Assembly: GCA_964611585.1 (NCBI GenBank)
Contig: CAZTAK010000006.1
Location: 14,245 to 64,312 of the forward strand
Source: an uncultured Alphaproteobacteria bacterium
GTDB lineage: Bacteria; Pseudomonadota; Alphaproteobacteria; SHVP01
Length of the DNA stretch: 50,068 nucleotides
Direction: 5' to 3'
Shown: positions 12,159 to 21,403 of the stretch, piece by piece
Position numbering within the stretch: the first letter of the stretch is position 1
Layout: the number at the start of each line of letters is the position of its first letter
Translations under genes and position numbers: made by a program
The notes under the pieces: model-generated
Told to the model about the DNA's origin: nothing
The model's input: only the letters and a program-made list of their open reading frames with translations
The model's database searches: none

Positions 12159-13556
12159 TCAGGTTTCGAGCATTCTCTTTAGAAGATCGATGTCTTCGGC
12201 GAGGCTGGTATCGGCCTGACAGAGCTCGTCGATACGGCGTACGGCATGCATGACGGTAGTGTGGTCGCGGCCGCCGAACTTACGTCCGATCTCGGGCAGC
12301 GAACGCGGAGTGAGTTGCTTGGACAGGTACATCGCCACCTGACGGGGCCGGGCGACGGCTCGGGCACGGCGCGGCGACTGCATTTCGGCAAGCCGGATGT
12401 TGTAATGCTCGGCGACGCGCTTCTGGATGTCCTCGATGGTGATGCGCCGGTCGTTGGCGCGCAGCAGATCGCGCAGCACCTCTTGCGTGGTTTCGAGGTT
12501 GATCGGCCGGCCGACCAGATTGGCGTACGCCAGGACCCGGTTGAGCCCGCCTTCCAGTTCCCGCACATTTGAAGTGATTCGGTGGGCCAGAAACTCGAGC
12601 ACCTGATCGGGAACCTCCGCAGTGCCGAGTCCCTGGACCTTGGACTGCAGGATCCCGACCCGGAGTTCGTAGTCGGTGGCATGGATGTCGGCCACCAGGC
12701 CCCACCCGAGGCGCGAACGCATGCGTTCTTCGACGCCGTCGAGATTCGACGGCGAGCGGTCGCCGGATATCACCACCTGCCGGTTCTGGTCCACCAGGGC
12801 ATTGAAGGTATGGAAGAATTCCTCCTGGGTGGATTCCTTGCCGCTGATGAACTGAACGTCGTCGACCATCAGGACATCGACCGACCGGAACAGGTGCTTG
12901 AACTGCATCACGTCCTTGTAGCGAAGCGCGCTGATGAACTGATACATGAACTTTTCCGCCGACAAATACAGCACCTTGCGGTCGGGGTCGCGTTCGCGGA
13001 TGTGCCAGGCGATGGCGTGCATGAGGTGGGTTTTGCCGAGGCCGACGCCGCCATAGAGGTAGAGCGGGTTGAAGGGCACCGTCGGCGATTCTGCGACCCG
13101 CCGGGCCGCGGCATAGGCGAGTTCGTTGGCCTTGCCGACGACGAAGTTGGCGAAGGTGAACCTGAGGTCGAGGGACGCGCCCGCCTCTTCCTCGGCACGG
13201 CCGATGCCAGCCGGCGCGGGCAGGCGTGATTTGCTCCCCGAGTCCGCTTCGGCGGCCAGTCCGCGCACCGGCGCTCCGCCGGGGACGACATGGATTTCGA
13301 CCGCGGCGGTTTCGCCGCACTCGCTTTGCCACAGGGCGCCGATCTTCTCGAAATAGTGAGACATGACCCAGTCGCGCATGAACCGGGTCGGCAAGGTCAG
13401 CATCACGCGACCGTCGCGGACGCTGGCAAGATCGAGCGGTTTGAGCCAGCTGTCGAAAGCGGCATCGCCAACCTCGGCGCGCAGCCGATGGCGCACCCGG
13501 TCCCAGTTCTCAGCAATATCCAGCGCCAGCGCCGGGTTTTTTGAATCGCCACTCAC
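12159..13556 (-). CDS. dnaA: chromosomal replication initiator DnaA
   Basis: [40 protein letters not shown]; GTG 13556 chosen because of GTGA overlap with upstream gene (start uncertain). Confidence 0.97.
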   Translation of the reverse strand: MSGDSKNPALALDIAENWDRVRHRLRAEVGDAAFDSWLKPLDLASVRDGRVMLTLPTRFMRDWVMSHYFEKIGALWQSECGETAAVEIHVVPGGAPVRGLAAEADSGSKSRLPAPAGIGRAEEEAGASLDLRFTFANFVVGKANELAYAAARRVAESPTVPFNPLYLYGGVGLGKTHLMHAIAWHIRERDPDRKVLYLSAEKFMYQFISALRYKDVMQFKHLFRSVDVLMVDDVQFISGKESTQEEFFHTFNALVDQNRQVVISGDRSPSNLDGVEERMRSRLGWGLVADIHATDYELRVGILQSKVQGLGTAEVPDQVLEFLAHRITSNVRELEGGLNRVLAYANLVGRPINLETTQEVLRDLLRANDRRITIEDIQKRVAEHYNIRLAEMQSPRRARAVARPRQVAMYLSKQLTPRSLPEIGRKFGGRDHTTVMHAVRRIDELCQADTSLAEDIDLLKRMLET

Positions 13557-13972
13557 GATTGCGACCAAGGTAAGCCTGCGGCCTTCCAACCGCCCGTGGC
13601 GCCGCGGTGTTTGTTGCCGTCAAGGTCGCCTTCAAACCCGTCGGCCACATTGCAACATTGCGCGTAACCCGCCGCGGTCATGGCGATCGCCGCATCGCGC
13701 GAGCGGATCCCGGAACGACAGATGAAATAAAGCTTGGATTCGGGTGTCGCGCCGCGACTTTCGACCGCGGCAACAAATTCTTCATTGACCGCCATGCCGG
13801 GGAAGGACTGCCACTCGATCTGGACCACTTCCTTGCCGGCCGCGGACAAATCGGGAGTGCCAACGAAGATCCATTCAGCGCGCGTACGGACATCGACCAG
13901 AACCGCTGCGGGGTCCTGCTGCAACGCGCGCCATGCTTTCTCGGAGGTTACATCCCCGGCGTACTTCATCAT
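13553..13972 (-). CDS. single-domain rhodanese (sulfurtransferase)
   Basis: LVDVRTRAEW, active-site loop CRSGIRS, GFEGD, GWKAAGLPW. Confidence 0.9.
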   Translation of the reverse strand: MMKYAGDVTSEKAWRALQQDPAAVLVDVRTRAEWIFVGTPDLSAAGKEVVQIEWQSFPGMAVNEEFVAAVESRGATPESKLYFICRSGIRSRDAAIAMTAAGYAQCCNVADGFEGDLDGNKHRGATGGWKAAGLPWSQS

Positions 13973-14331
13973 TCAATCGTCTCAAGTAAACCGTTTGGCA
14001 CGGGTCCACCGCGTCCGCCAGTTTGTTTTTTCTGCCCCTTATTCGACCTAAAATTGGCCGATTATTCTAGGAATATTGCAATCCTCCAAATACTCAACCA
14101 CTTGTACTTAACACCAAAGAAACAAACAAAAAAATAGCTTCCGCTAAAGGGATTGGGCAAATCCATCCCTTGGCATTAGTGGCTAATTCCTTTCGGTATA
14201 CTTTGGGTAAACCCCCGCACCCAAAGTCAACTGACGGCTACCCTACTGTCCTGATGCGCCGCTTGCAACCATGACAACGAACCCGCATGCAAAAAAATGT
14301 ATGCGCCCCTGCAACGCAGCAACACCACAAC

Positions 14332-14361
14332 ATGTTGAAGCGTGGGCGGCGGACTCGTCAA
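14332..14361 (-). promoter_or_regulatory. putative promoter for rhodanese-dnaA with GANTC site abutting -35
   Basis: TTGACG (14361-14356), GAGTC (14356-14352), 18-bp spacer, CAACAT. Confidence 0.4.
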
Positions 14362-14622
14362 GCGGATCGGTTTCGCCGAGACCCGCCGGGCGGAATCCGC
14401 AGCGACGGCGCGGGCGCGCAAGAAAAAGAACCGAGCAACTTCCGTACACTTCGCGCCGTTCATTCATGACCGTTTTGAACTGACGACGGCACCGTCTTGT
14501 TTCACCATGCAAATTACGAAAACCTGAACAATGACCCGCGCCGCTCGTTCGGCAACGCGCATTCGGCACCTGAACATTTCAGCTTGCTCGCGATGGGCGG
14601 ACCGCCCGCAACGGAACCGGGC

Positions 14623-14650
14623 AACAAAAAACCGCGCCTCGAAGCGCGGT
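14623..14650 (-). terminator. Rho-independent terminator of rpsT
   Basis: ACCGCGC-TTCGAG-GCGCGGT followed by TTTTTGTT on minus strand. Confidence 0.8.
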
Positions 14651-14677
14651 CTTGTGTTCGGGATTGTAAACCTTAGT

Positions 14678-14944
14678 TCAGGCCTGCATCGCCTTGACCC
14701 GGCGAACCATACGCGATACCCGCCGCGCCGCCGTATTGCGTCGGATAACGCCGCGGCCGACACCGCGCATCAATTCCGGTTCCGCCTTCTTCAGCGCCGC
14801 CAACGCCTTGTCGCGGTCGCCCGACGCAATCGCTTCTTCACAATAGCGAAGGTAGGTGCGGATGCGGCCGACGCGGGCACTATTCACGTCGCTCCGGCGG
14901 GCGTTGCGGCGAATGCGCTTTTGCGCGGATTTATGGTGCGCCAT
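14678..14944 (-). CDS. rpsT: 30S ribosomal protein S20
   Basis: MAHHKSAQKRIR...NTAARRVSR, basic 88 aa. Confidence 0.96.
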   Translation of the reverse strand: MAHHKSAQKRIRRNARRSDVNSARVGRIRTYLRYCEEAIASGDRDKALAALKKAEPELMRGVGRGVIRRNTAARRVSRMVRRVKAMQA

Positions 14945-14979
14945 CAAGGGTCTCAATGCTGCTGAGGTGCGAGCGCCGG

Positions 14980-15009
14980 GTTATATCGCCATACCGCGAG
15001 GCCCGTCAA
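14980..15009 (-). promoter_or_regulatory. putative sigma70 promoter of rpsT
   Basis: TTGACG-18 bp-TATAAC. Confidence 0.5.
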
Positions 15010-15079
15010 CCTTCGATTCCGGGGCCTGGGAGGCCATCCAGGGTCCGCACCGGGCGTTGCGCCCCGGTCGCCTGCGAAC

Positions 15080-15439
15080 CTATCGCGGAGCGATCAGAAA
15101 ACGCACCCGGACCCCGGCCGCCTCCGCCACCACCTCGAGGATCAGGCGCTCGCCGCCCCGGGTGAACCCCCCGTCGTCGGCCCGCCAGCCGAGCTGGGGC
15201 AGGGCCGCCGCATAGAATATCCGCACCCGTTCGGCCGGCACCGCGCCGCGGACGGTGGCTTCGACGATGCGGCCTTCGGGCTTGTCGAAGGCGAAACTTT
15301 CTTCCGGGACCGGCGAGAGGCCCGCCATCAACGGTACATCTCCGGTGCCGGCGACGAACCGCAAATCCTGGGCCCGGATTCCAACCGGCCCGAGGGCGGC
15401 AATCGCCGCGATGAGCATCCCCATCAAAAGAAACCGCAT
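15080..15439 (-). CDS. hypothetical exported protein
   Basis: Signal-peptide-like N-terminus (MRFLLMGMLIAAIAAL...IRA/Q), DVPLMAGL, FDKPEGRIVE, FYAAALPQLGW. Confidence 0.75.
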   Translation of the reverse strand: MRFLLMGMLIAAIAALGPVGIRAQDLRFVAGTGDVPLMAGLSPVPEESFAFDKPEGRIVEATVRGAVPAERVRIFYAAALPQLGWRADDGGFTRGGERLILEVVAEAAGVRVRFLIAPR

Positions 15440-15500
15440 TCCGGAGCCTAGCACGCGGCTCCGGCGGGCGCCCATCGGCCGGGCCCGGGGCAGGGTTCTC

Positions 15501-15647
15501 TTCGAGCGATTCCAGTTCGTCCGGAATCGTCTATGGCCGCAAGGCGGCCCGCCGCTTGCGCGGCGCGCCCGCGCAGGCGTGGACCCTTGGGTCCGCTGCC
15601 GTGAGCAAAAAAAGAGAGTGGTTCCGACCAAAACGGAACCGCTCTAG
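15501..15647. repeat. 147-bp palindromic element with imperfect 29-bp terminal inverted repeats, overlapping mutM stop
   Basis: TTCGAGCGATTCCAGTTCGTCCGGAATCG vs reverse-complement end CTAGAGCGGTTCCGTTTTGGTCGGAACCA (19/29); each end is itself a hairpin. Confidence 0.65.
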
Positions 15648-16474
15648 CGCTGCCGCACCGGGCAATAGAAACTCGAACGCCCGCCCTGGACAAGGCGCCG
15701 GATACCGGACTCACAGGTGCAGTCGCGGCACGATTCGCCGGCGCGGCCATAGACATCGAACCGGTGCTGAAAATAACCCGATTTGCCACCCGCCCCGACG
15801 AAGTCGCGCAAACTCGAACCGCCTGCGGCAATCGCGTCTTCCAGTACCGCGCGAATCGCGGCGACTAGCCGCTCGGCACGCACCCCCGCGACTGAAGCGG
15901 CGCCGCGGCGGGGCGAGATTCCGGCGCGAAAAAGGGCTTCGCACACATAGATGTTACCGAGCCCGGCGACGGTGCGCTGGTCCATCAACGCGGCTTTGAT
16001 CGGCGTCTTGCGGCCGCGCAGGCGCGACGACAGCACCGGCCCGTTGAATGCGTTCGATAGCGGCTCGGGCCCCAAGCGGCAGAGAAGCGGGTGGTCTTCC
16101 AGGGCCTCGACCCGGAACAAGTCCATCAGGCCGAACCGGCGCGGATCGTTGAACACGACGCGCAGGCCCTCGTTTGTTTCGAATATCACATGGTCGTGCC
16201 CGGCGGGCGGCGGCGCTTCCGGCGGCCGCACGACCAGCCGGCCCGGCATGCCGAGATGGATCAGAAGAACGTTGCCGTCCTCCAGCGCCGCAAGAATGTA
16301 TTTGGCTCGGCGCGACACGCTCGCGATACGCCGGCCTTTCAGCCGGGAAGCAAAATCCGGCGGCAGGGGCTTGCGCAAATCGCCGCGCCGCACCTGGACG
16401 CGGGCCAGCGTCCGCGCTTCGAGTACCGGCCGCAATCCGCGGACGACAGTTTCGACCTCGGGCAATTCGGGCAT
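15644..16474 (-). CDS. mutM: formamidopyrimidine-DNA glycosylase
   Basis: MPELPEVE, RRAKY, DPRRFG, GLGNIY, C-terminal zinc finger. Confidence 0.97.
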   Translation of the reverse strand: MPELPEVETVVRGLRPVLEARTLARVQVRRGDLRKPLPPDFASRLKGRRIASVSRRAKYILAALEDGNVLLIHLGMPGRLVVRPPEAPPPAGHDHVIFETNEGLRVVFNDPRRFGLMDLFRVEALEDHPLLCRLGPEPLSNAFNGPVLSSRLRGRKTPIKAALMDQRTVAGLGNIYVCEALFRAGISPRRGAASVAGVRAERLVAAIRAVLEDAIAAGGSSLRDFVGAGGKSGYFQHRFDVYGRAGESCRDCTCESGIRRLVQGGRSSFYCPVRQR

Positions 16475-16613
16475 CAGCGGGAACTCACGGCCGAGCGCAC
16501 CGGGGCGCGGGACTCGCGGAGCCCGGCGCCGGTCTTTGGGACGCTTTGCAGGAACGTCGGCACGGCGGCACGGAAAGTAGCGCCTTTCCTGGGGCTGCGC
16601 TATGGTCTGGGCC

Positions 16614-17423
16614 ATGCTCCCCGGTCCCGCGCACGCCCCCGACGAACCGCGGCCCGACCGGCCGGATGGGGACGAAACCTTCGGATTCCGCGCCGTCAGC
16701 GCCGAAGAGAAGCCGGGCCTGGTCCGCGCCGTTTTTGATTCGGTGGCGCCCAGCTACGACCTGATGAACGACCTGATGAGCGGCGGCCTGCACCGGCTCT
16801 GGAAGGCCGATCTCGCCCGTCGCATGGATCCGAAACCCGGAATGCACCTGGTCGATGTGGCCGGCGGCACGGGTGACGTGGCTTTCCGGTTTCTCGACCG
16901 CGCCAAGGAACCGGCCAAGGACGGCGCGCCCGCCCACGCCACCGTCGTCGACACCAATCCCAACATGATCGAGGTGGGCCGCGCCCGTGCCATCGACCGG
17001 GGGCGGCTGTCGGGCCTCGACTGGGCGGTGGGGGACGCCAGCGCACTGCCGCTCGCCGACGGCGTTGCCGATACCTATTCGATTGTCTTCGGCATCCGCA
17101 ACGTCACCGGGCGCGAGGCGGCGCTCGCCGAAGCCCGCCGCGTGCTGAAGCCGGGCGGGCGCTTCTTCTGTCTCGAATTCGGTCGCCTGCCGGCGGGGCC
17201 GCTCGGGCGCCTGTACGACACCTACTCGTTTGCGGTCGTGCCCCTGGTCGGTCAGGTCGTTACCGGCGACGGCGATGCTTACCGCTATCTGGTGGAAAGC
17301 ATCCGCCGCTTCCCCGAGGCCGGGGCCTTTTCCGGGATGGTGTCGGAGGCGGGACTCGACCGCGTCCGCGTGCATCGCCTCAGCGGGGGGATCGTCAACC
17401 TATTCACCGCCTGGCGCTTGTAG
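16614..17423 (+). CDS. ubiE: ubiquinone/menaquinone C-methyltransferase
   Basis: YDLMNDLMSGGLHRLWK, DVAGGTGD, FGIRNV, YLVESIRRFP; alternative start 16602. Confidence 0.95.
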   Translation: MLPGPAHAPDEPRPDRPDGDETFGFRAVSAEEKPGLVRAVFDSVAPSYDLMNDLMSGGLHRLWKADLARRMDPKPGMHLVDVAGGTGDVAFRFLDRAKEPAKDGAPAHATVVDTNPNMIEVGRARAIDRGRLSGLDWAVGDASALPLADGVADTYSIVFGIRNVTGREAALAEARRVLKPGGRFFCLEFGRLPAGPLGRLYDTYSFAVVPLVGQVVTGDGDAYRYLVESIRRFPEAGAFSGMVSEAGLDRVRVHRLSGGIVNLFTAWRL

Positions 17424-17435
17424 GCCGCAGGACCC

Positions 17436-18983
17436 ATGCGCCGCGCCGTTCGCAATATCGTCCGGCTGATCCGCATCGCCCGGATTCTGGCCCGTTACGA
17501 CGCCCTGTTCCTGCTCGATTTCCTGGAGCTCGGGCCGGTGCCGGCGCGGCTTGCCCGCCTCGTGCTGGGGCGACGCCGCCCCGGGCGCCAGCCCCTGCGG
17601 CGCGGCCAGCGCATCGCCGCGGCGCTTCAGGAACTGGGTCCCAGTTTCATCAAATTCGGCCAGTCCTGGTCAACCCGCGCCGACCTGATCGGCGAACGAA
17701 TGGCCGGGGACCTCGGCGAATTGCGCGACCGCCTGCCGCCGTTTTCGGTCGAGGCTGCGCGCGCCACCATCGAATCCGAGTTCGATCGCCCGGTGGACGA
17801 GTTGTTTCCGCACTTCGAGCCGGTGCCGGTAGCCGCGGCCTCGATCGCGCAAGTTCATTTTGCAGTCACCGCCGAAGGGCGCGAGGTCGCAGTCAAGGTG
17901 CTGCGGCCCGGCATCGAGGCCGCCTTCCGCCGCGATCTCGATCTGTTCCAGTGGCTCGCCGAGCTGGTCGAACGCACCCAGCCCCAGGCGCGCCGACTTA
18001 AGCCGGTGGAAATCGTCCGCAACTTCGCCGCCATCGTCGATCTCGAGATGGACCTGCGGTCCGAGGCGGCGGCGGCTTCCGAGCTTGCCCGGAATTTTGA
18101 AGGCGACCCCCGGTTTCGTGTCCCCGAGGTCGACTGGGCGCGCACCAGCCGCCGCGTGCTGACCCTCGAACGCATGGCAGGCACCTCGCTCAACGACCGG
18201 GCGGCGCTGGATGAAGCCGGCATCGATGCAACGACCGTCACCGAAAATCTCCTGCGCACGTTTCTGACCCAGGTGTTTCACGACGGTTTCTTCCATGCCG
18301 ATCTGCACCCTGGGAACCTGTTCGCCGATGCCGACGCCAACCTGCTGGCGGTGGATTTCGGAATCATGGGGCGGCTGGACCTACAGACCCGGATTTTTGT
18401 CGCCGACCTGTTGCTCGCCTTTCTCAAACGCGACTACGAGCGCGCCGCCGAGGTTCATTTCGAAGCGGGCTATGTACCGCGCGGGCAATCGTTGAATGCC
18501 TTCACACAGGCGCTGCGCGCGATCGGTGAGCCGATCCTCGGGCGGCCGGCGCAAGAAATTTCGATCGGGCGGCTGCTGGCGCAGCTTCTGCAAACGACGA
18601 CCAAGTTCGAGATGGAGACCCAGCCGCAGCTGCTGCTGTTGCAGAAAACGATGGTGGTCGCGGAGGGCGTCTCGCGGAGCCTCGATCCCGAGGTGATGTT
18701 CTGGGACATCGCCCAGCCCGTGATCGAAGACTGGATCGGAAAAAACATGGGTCCCGATGCGCGCCTGCGCGACGCCGCCTTTGCGGGCGCGCGCCTGGTG
18801 CGGCGCCTGCCGGCGCTGGCCGAGCGGGCCGAGGCGGTTCTGGGCGAGATTGCCAGCGACGGCCTCAAGCTCCATCCCGATACTGCCCGCCTCCTCCAGG
18901 GCAACGGGCGGCGGCGCTGGCCCCCCGAACGCACCCTGTTGTGGGCCGCAATCGCGATTCTGGCGTTGGCGATCCTGTTCTAG
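17436..18983 (+). CDS. ubiB: ubiquinone biosynthesis protein kinase-like UbiB
   Basis: LGPSFIKFGQ, AAASIAQVH, AVKVLRP, FFHADLHPGN, DFGIMG. Confidence 0.96.
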   Translation: MRRAVRNIVRLIRIARILARYDALFLLDFLELGPVPARLARLVLGRRRPGRQPLRRGQRIAAALQELGPSFIKFGQSWSTRADLIGERMAGDLGELRDRLPPFSVEAARATIESEFDRPVDELFPHFEPVPVAAASIAQVHFAVTAEGREVAVKVLRPGIEAAFRRDLDLFQWLAELVERTQPQARRLKPVEIVRNFAAIVDLEMDLRSEAAAASELARNFEGDPRFRVPEVDWARTSRRVLTLERMAGTSLNDRAALDEAGIDATTVTENLLRTFLTQVFHDGFFHADLHPGNLFADADANLLAVDFGIMGRLDLQTRIFVADLLLAFLKRDYERAAEVHFEAGYVPRGQSLNAFTQALRAIGEPILGRPAQEISIGRLLAQLLQTTTKFEMETQPQLLLLQKTMVVAEGVSRSLDPEVMFWDIAQPVIEDWIGKNMGPDARLRDAAFAGARLVRRLPALAERAEAVLGEIASDGLKLHPDTARLLQGNGRRRWPPERTLLWAAIAILALAILF

Positions 18984-19112
18984 CTGTTCGATTCCGGCTT
19001 CCGGCCCCGATGGATTGGGAATCAGAGATCGAACTGAATTGAGCGCAGTCGCAAAGGTGGCCGCGTGGCGCGGCCTGCCAAAGGGACATCGAATTGTGAG
19101 GGATCGAACGGC
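18980..19112. repeat. ~133-bp element with terminal inverted repeats starting at ubiB CTAG stop
   Basis: GCTGTTCGATTCC (18983-18995) vs GGGATCGAACGGC (19100-19112), 11/13; internal hairpin GGCCGCG-TGG-CGCGGCC. Confidence 0.5.
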
Positions 19113-19210
19113 CCCACTCGCAACTCAAGTCCGCCGCGGGCCTATTGCGCGCCGTCTGCGACGGCAGTACCTTTAATACATATTCCCGCCGTACTTAGGA
19201 CAATTTCACG

Positions 19211-20467
19211 GTGTTGAGCGACAAAAATATCCTGCTGGTAATTGCCGGCGGGATCGCCGCCTACAAGAGCCTCGACCTGATCCGCCGGCTGCGCGATCGG
19301 GGTGCCGGCGTGCGCTGCGTCCTGACCGACTCCGGTGCCCAATTCGTGACGCCGCTGTCGGTTTCGGCGCTCGCCTCGGAAGAAGTCTACCGCGACCTGT
19401 TTTCGCTGACCGACGAAAGCAAGATGGGGCATATCCGGCTATCGCGCGAGGCGGACCTGATCGTTGTCGCGCCCGCGACCGCCAATCTGATGGCCAAGAT
19501 GGCCGCGGGGCTGGCCGACGACCTCGCAAGCACAGTGCTCTTGGCGACCAACAAGCCGGTCCTGCTTGCCCCGGCCATGAATGTGCACATGTGGGAGCAC
19601 CCGGCGACACGACGGAACCTTGCGCAACTGCATGGTGACGGTATCGCCAGCGTCGGCCCCGAGATCGGCGAATTGGCGGATGGCGAATACGGCGCCGGCC
19701 GCATGGCCGAGCCGGCGACCATTGTCACCGCCATCGAGGCGCATTTCGCCGGATTTCCGGCTGATGCCGCGGCCCCGCCGCGCCCGCTTCGGGGCGTCCG
19801 CGCGCTGGTAACCTCGGGCCCGACCCATGAGGCCCTCGACCCGGTGCGCTATCTCTCGAACCGGTCCAGCGGCAAACAGGGCCACGCCATCGCCGCGGCG
19901 CTGGCGGCGGCGGGCGCGGAAACAATTTTGGTGGCGGGTCCCACCGCCCTTGCCGACCCGGCGGACGTTACCACCGTCCACGCCGAATCGGCGCGCGAAA
20001 TGGAAGCCGCCTGCCTTGAAGCGCTGCCCGTGGATGTCGCCGTTTGCGCCGCCGCCGTCGCCGACTGGCGCCCGGCCGATACAGCGCCCGGCAAGATCAA
20101 GAAGGACGGCGCCCCGCCGCCTATCGATCTGGTCGAGAACCCGGATATTCTCGCCGGTCTGGCGGCGGACACCGAGCAGCGGCCGGCGCTGGTCGTCGGC
20201 TTTGCGGCCGAAACCGGGAATGTGCTGGAGCACGCGCGCCGCAAGCTAGAACGCAAACGCTGCGACTGGATTCTCGCCAACGACGTATCGGCGGCCTCGG
20301 GCGTGATCGGCGGCGACAGCAACACGGTTCACCTCATTACCGCGGACGATACCGATTCCTGGCCGGCGCTCTCCAAGGCCGAGGTGGCCTCCCGCCTAGT
20401 GGCGCGTATTGCGGATCATTTCGGAGCCCTCGAGAAAACGGCCGCACCGGTCCGTTCGGACGCATGA
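19211..20467 (+). CDS. coaBC: phosphopantothenoylcysteine decarboxylase/synthase
   Basis: [50 protein letters not shown]. Confidence 0.96.
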   Translation: MLSDKNILLVIAGGIAAYKSLDLIRRLRDRGAGVRCVLTDSGAQFVTPLSVSALASEEVYRDLFSLTDESKMGHIRLSREADLIVVAPATANLMAKMAAGLADDLASTVLLATNKPVLLAPAMNVHMWEHPATRRNLAQLHGDGIASVGPEIGELADGEYGAGRMAEPATIVTAIEAHFAGFPADAAAPPRPLRGVRALVTSGPTHEALDPVRYLSNRSSGKQGHAIAAALAAAGAETILVAGPTALADPADVTTVHAESAREMEAACLEALPVDVAVCAAAVADWRPADTAPGKIKKDGAPPPIDLVENPDILAGLAADTEQRPALVVGFAAETGNVLEHARRKLERKRCDWILANDVSAASGVIGGDSNTVHLITADDTDSWPALSKAEVASRLVARIADHFGALEKTAAPVRSDA

Positions 20468-20943
20468 GCGTGCGCATCGCCATCGAGCGACTGGCGCACG
20501 CCGAAGGGTTGCCCCTGCCGGAACCGGCAACCACGGGAAGCGCCGGCTACGATCTGTGCGCGGCGATCGGCAACACCCAAACCCTCGCGCCGGGGGAACG
20601 TGCTCTGGTGCCGGCCGGTTTCTGCATCGCCCTGCCGGACGGCATCGAGGCGCAGATCCGGCCGCGTTCGGGTCTCGCACTCGACCACGGCATCACGGTC
20701 CTGAACAGCCCGGGCACGATCGACTCCGATTATCGCGGCGAAGTCGGCGTCGTGCTCATCAACATGGGACAGAAGCCGTTCGTCGTCCGCCGCGGCGAGC
20801 GCATCGCCCAAATGGTGATCGCCCAGCTTGTCGATGTCCGCTTTGAGATCGTGGATGAACTCGATGGCAGCGCACGGGGGCAAGGCGGCTTCGGATCGAC
20901 CGGCATCCGGCACGCGCCAAAGACCCGCGCGCTGGGCGTCTGA
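20464..20943 (+). CDS. dut: dUTP diphosphatase
   Basis: [36 protein letters not shown]; ATGA overlap with coaBC. Confidence 0.97.
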   Translation: MSVRIAIERLAHAEGLPLPEPATTGSAGYDLCAAIGNTQTLAPGERALVPAGFCIALPDGIEAQIRPRSGLALDHGITVLNSPGTIDSDYRGEVGVVLINMGQKPFVVRRGERIAQMVIAQLVDVRFEIVDELDGSARGQGGFGSTGIRHAPKTRALGV

Positions 20944-20947
20944 TTCC

Positions 20948-21400
20948 ATGCTGCGGCTCTCGAAGAAGATGATTTTCGCGCTCGAGGCGGTGGTTGACAT
21001 CGCCTACCACGCTGGCGCCGGGCCGGTGCAGTCGAAGGACATCACCGCGCGTCAAGGCATCCCGCAGCGCTATCTCGAACAGGTGATGCAGCGCCTGGTG
21101 CGGGCTGGCATCCTGAAAGGCACGCGCGGGCCGCGCGGCGGCTACCGGTTGGCGCGCGAGCGCCGGCGCGTGACGCTGGGCGACGTGGCGCGGGTCGTCT
21201 ATGACGTCGAGGGCGGCAACGGATTCGAGTATCCGAGCGAATCCGTTCTCGGCCGGTCGGTGGTGGCGCCGTTGTGGCGCGACCTCGAAGAGACCCTGAT
21301 GACGCGGCTCGATGCAGTGACCATCGAGGACCTGTGCCGCCATGCGCGCGAAGTGGGCGTCGGCGGCGATGCCCGCGCGCACCTCGATTTCACCATCTGA
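20948..21400 (+). CDS. Rrf2-family transcriptional regulator lacking the three-Cys Fe-S motif (CymR-like)
   Basis: RYLEQVMQRL, RGPRGGYRLAR; only one Cys; ends DFTI. Confidence 0.9.
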   Translation: MLRLSKKMIFALEAVVDIAYHAGAGPVQSKDITARQGIPQRYLEQVMQRLVRAGILKGTRGPRGGYRLARERRRVTLGDVARVVYDVEGGNGFEYPSESVLGRSVVAPLWRDLEETLMTRLDAVTIEDLCRHAREVGVGGDARAHLDFTI

Positions 21401-21403
21401 CGG

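Noticed and set aside
13973-14677. oriC next to dnaA
   Set aside because: AT-rich, but I found no TTATCCACA-type DnaA boxes or CtrA TTAA-N7-TTAA sites; alphaproteobacterial oriC is often elsewhere
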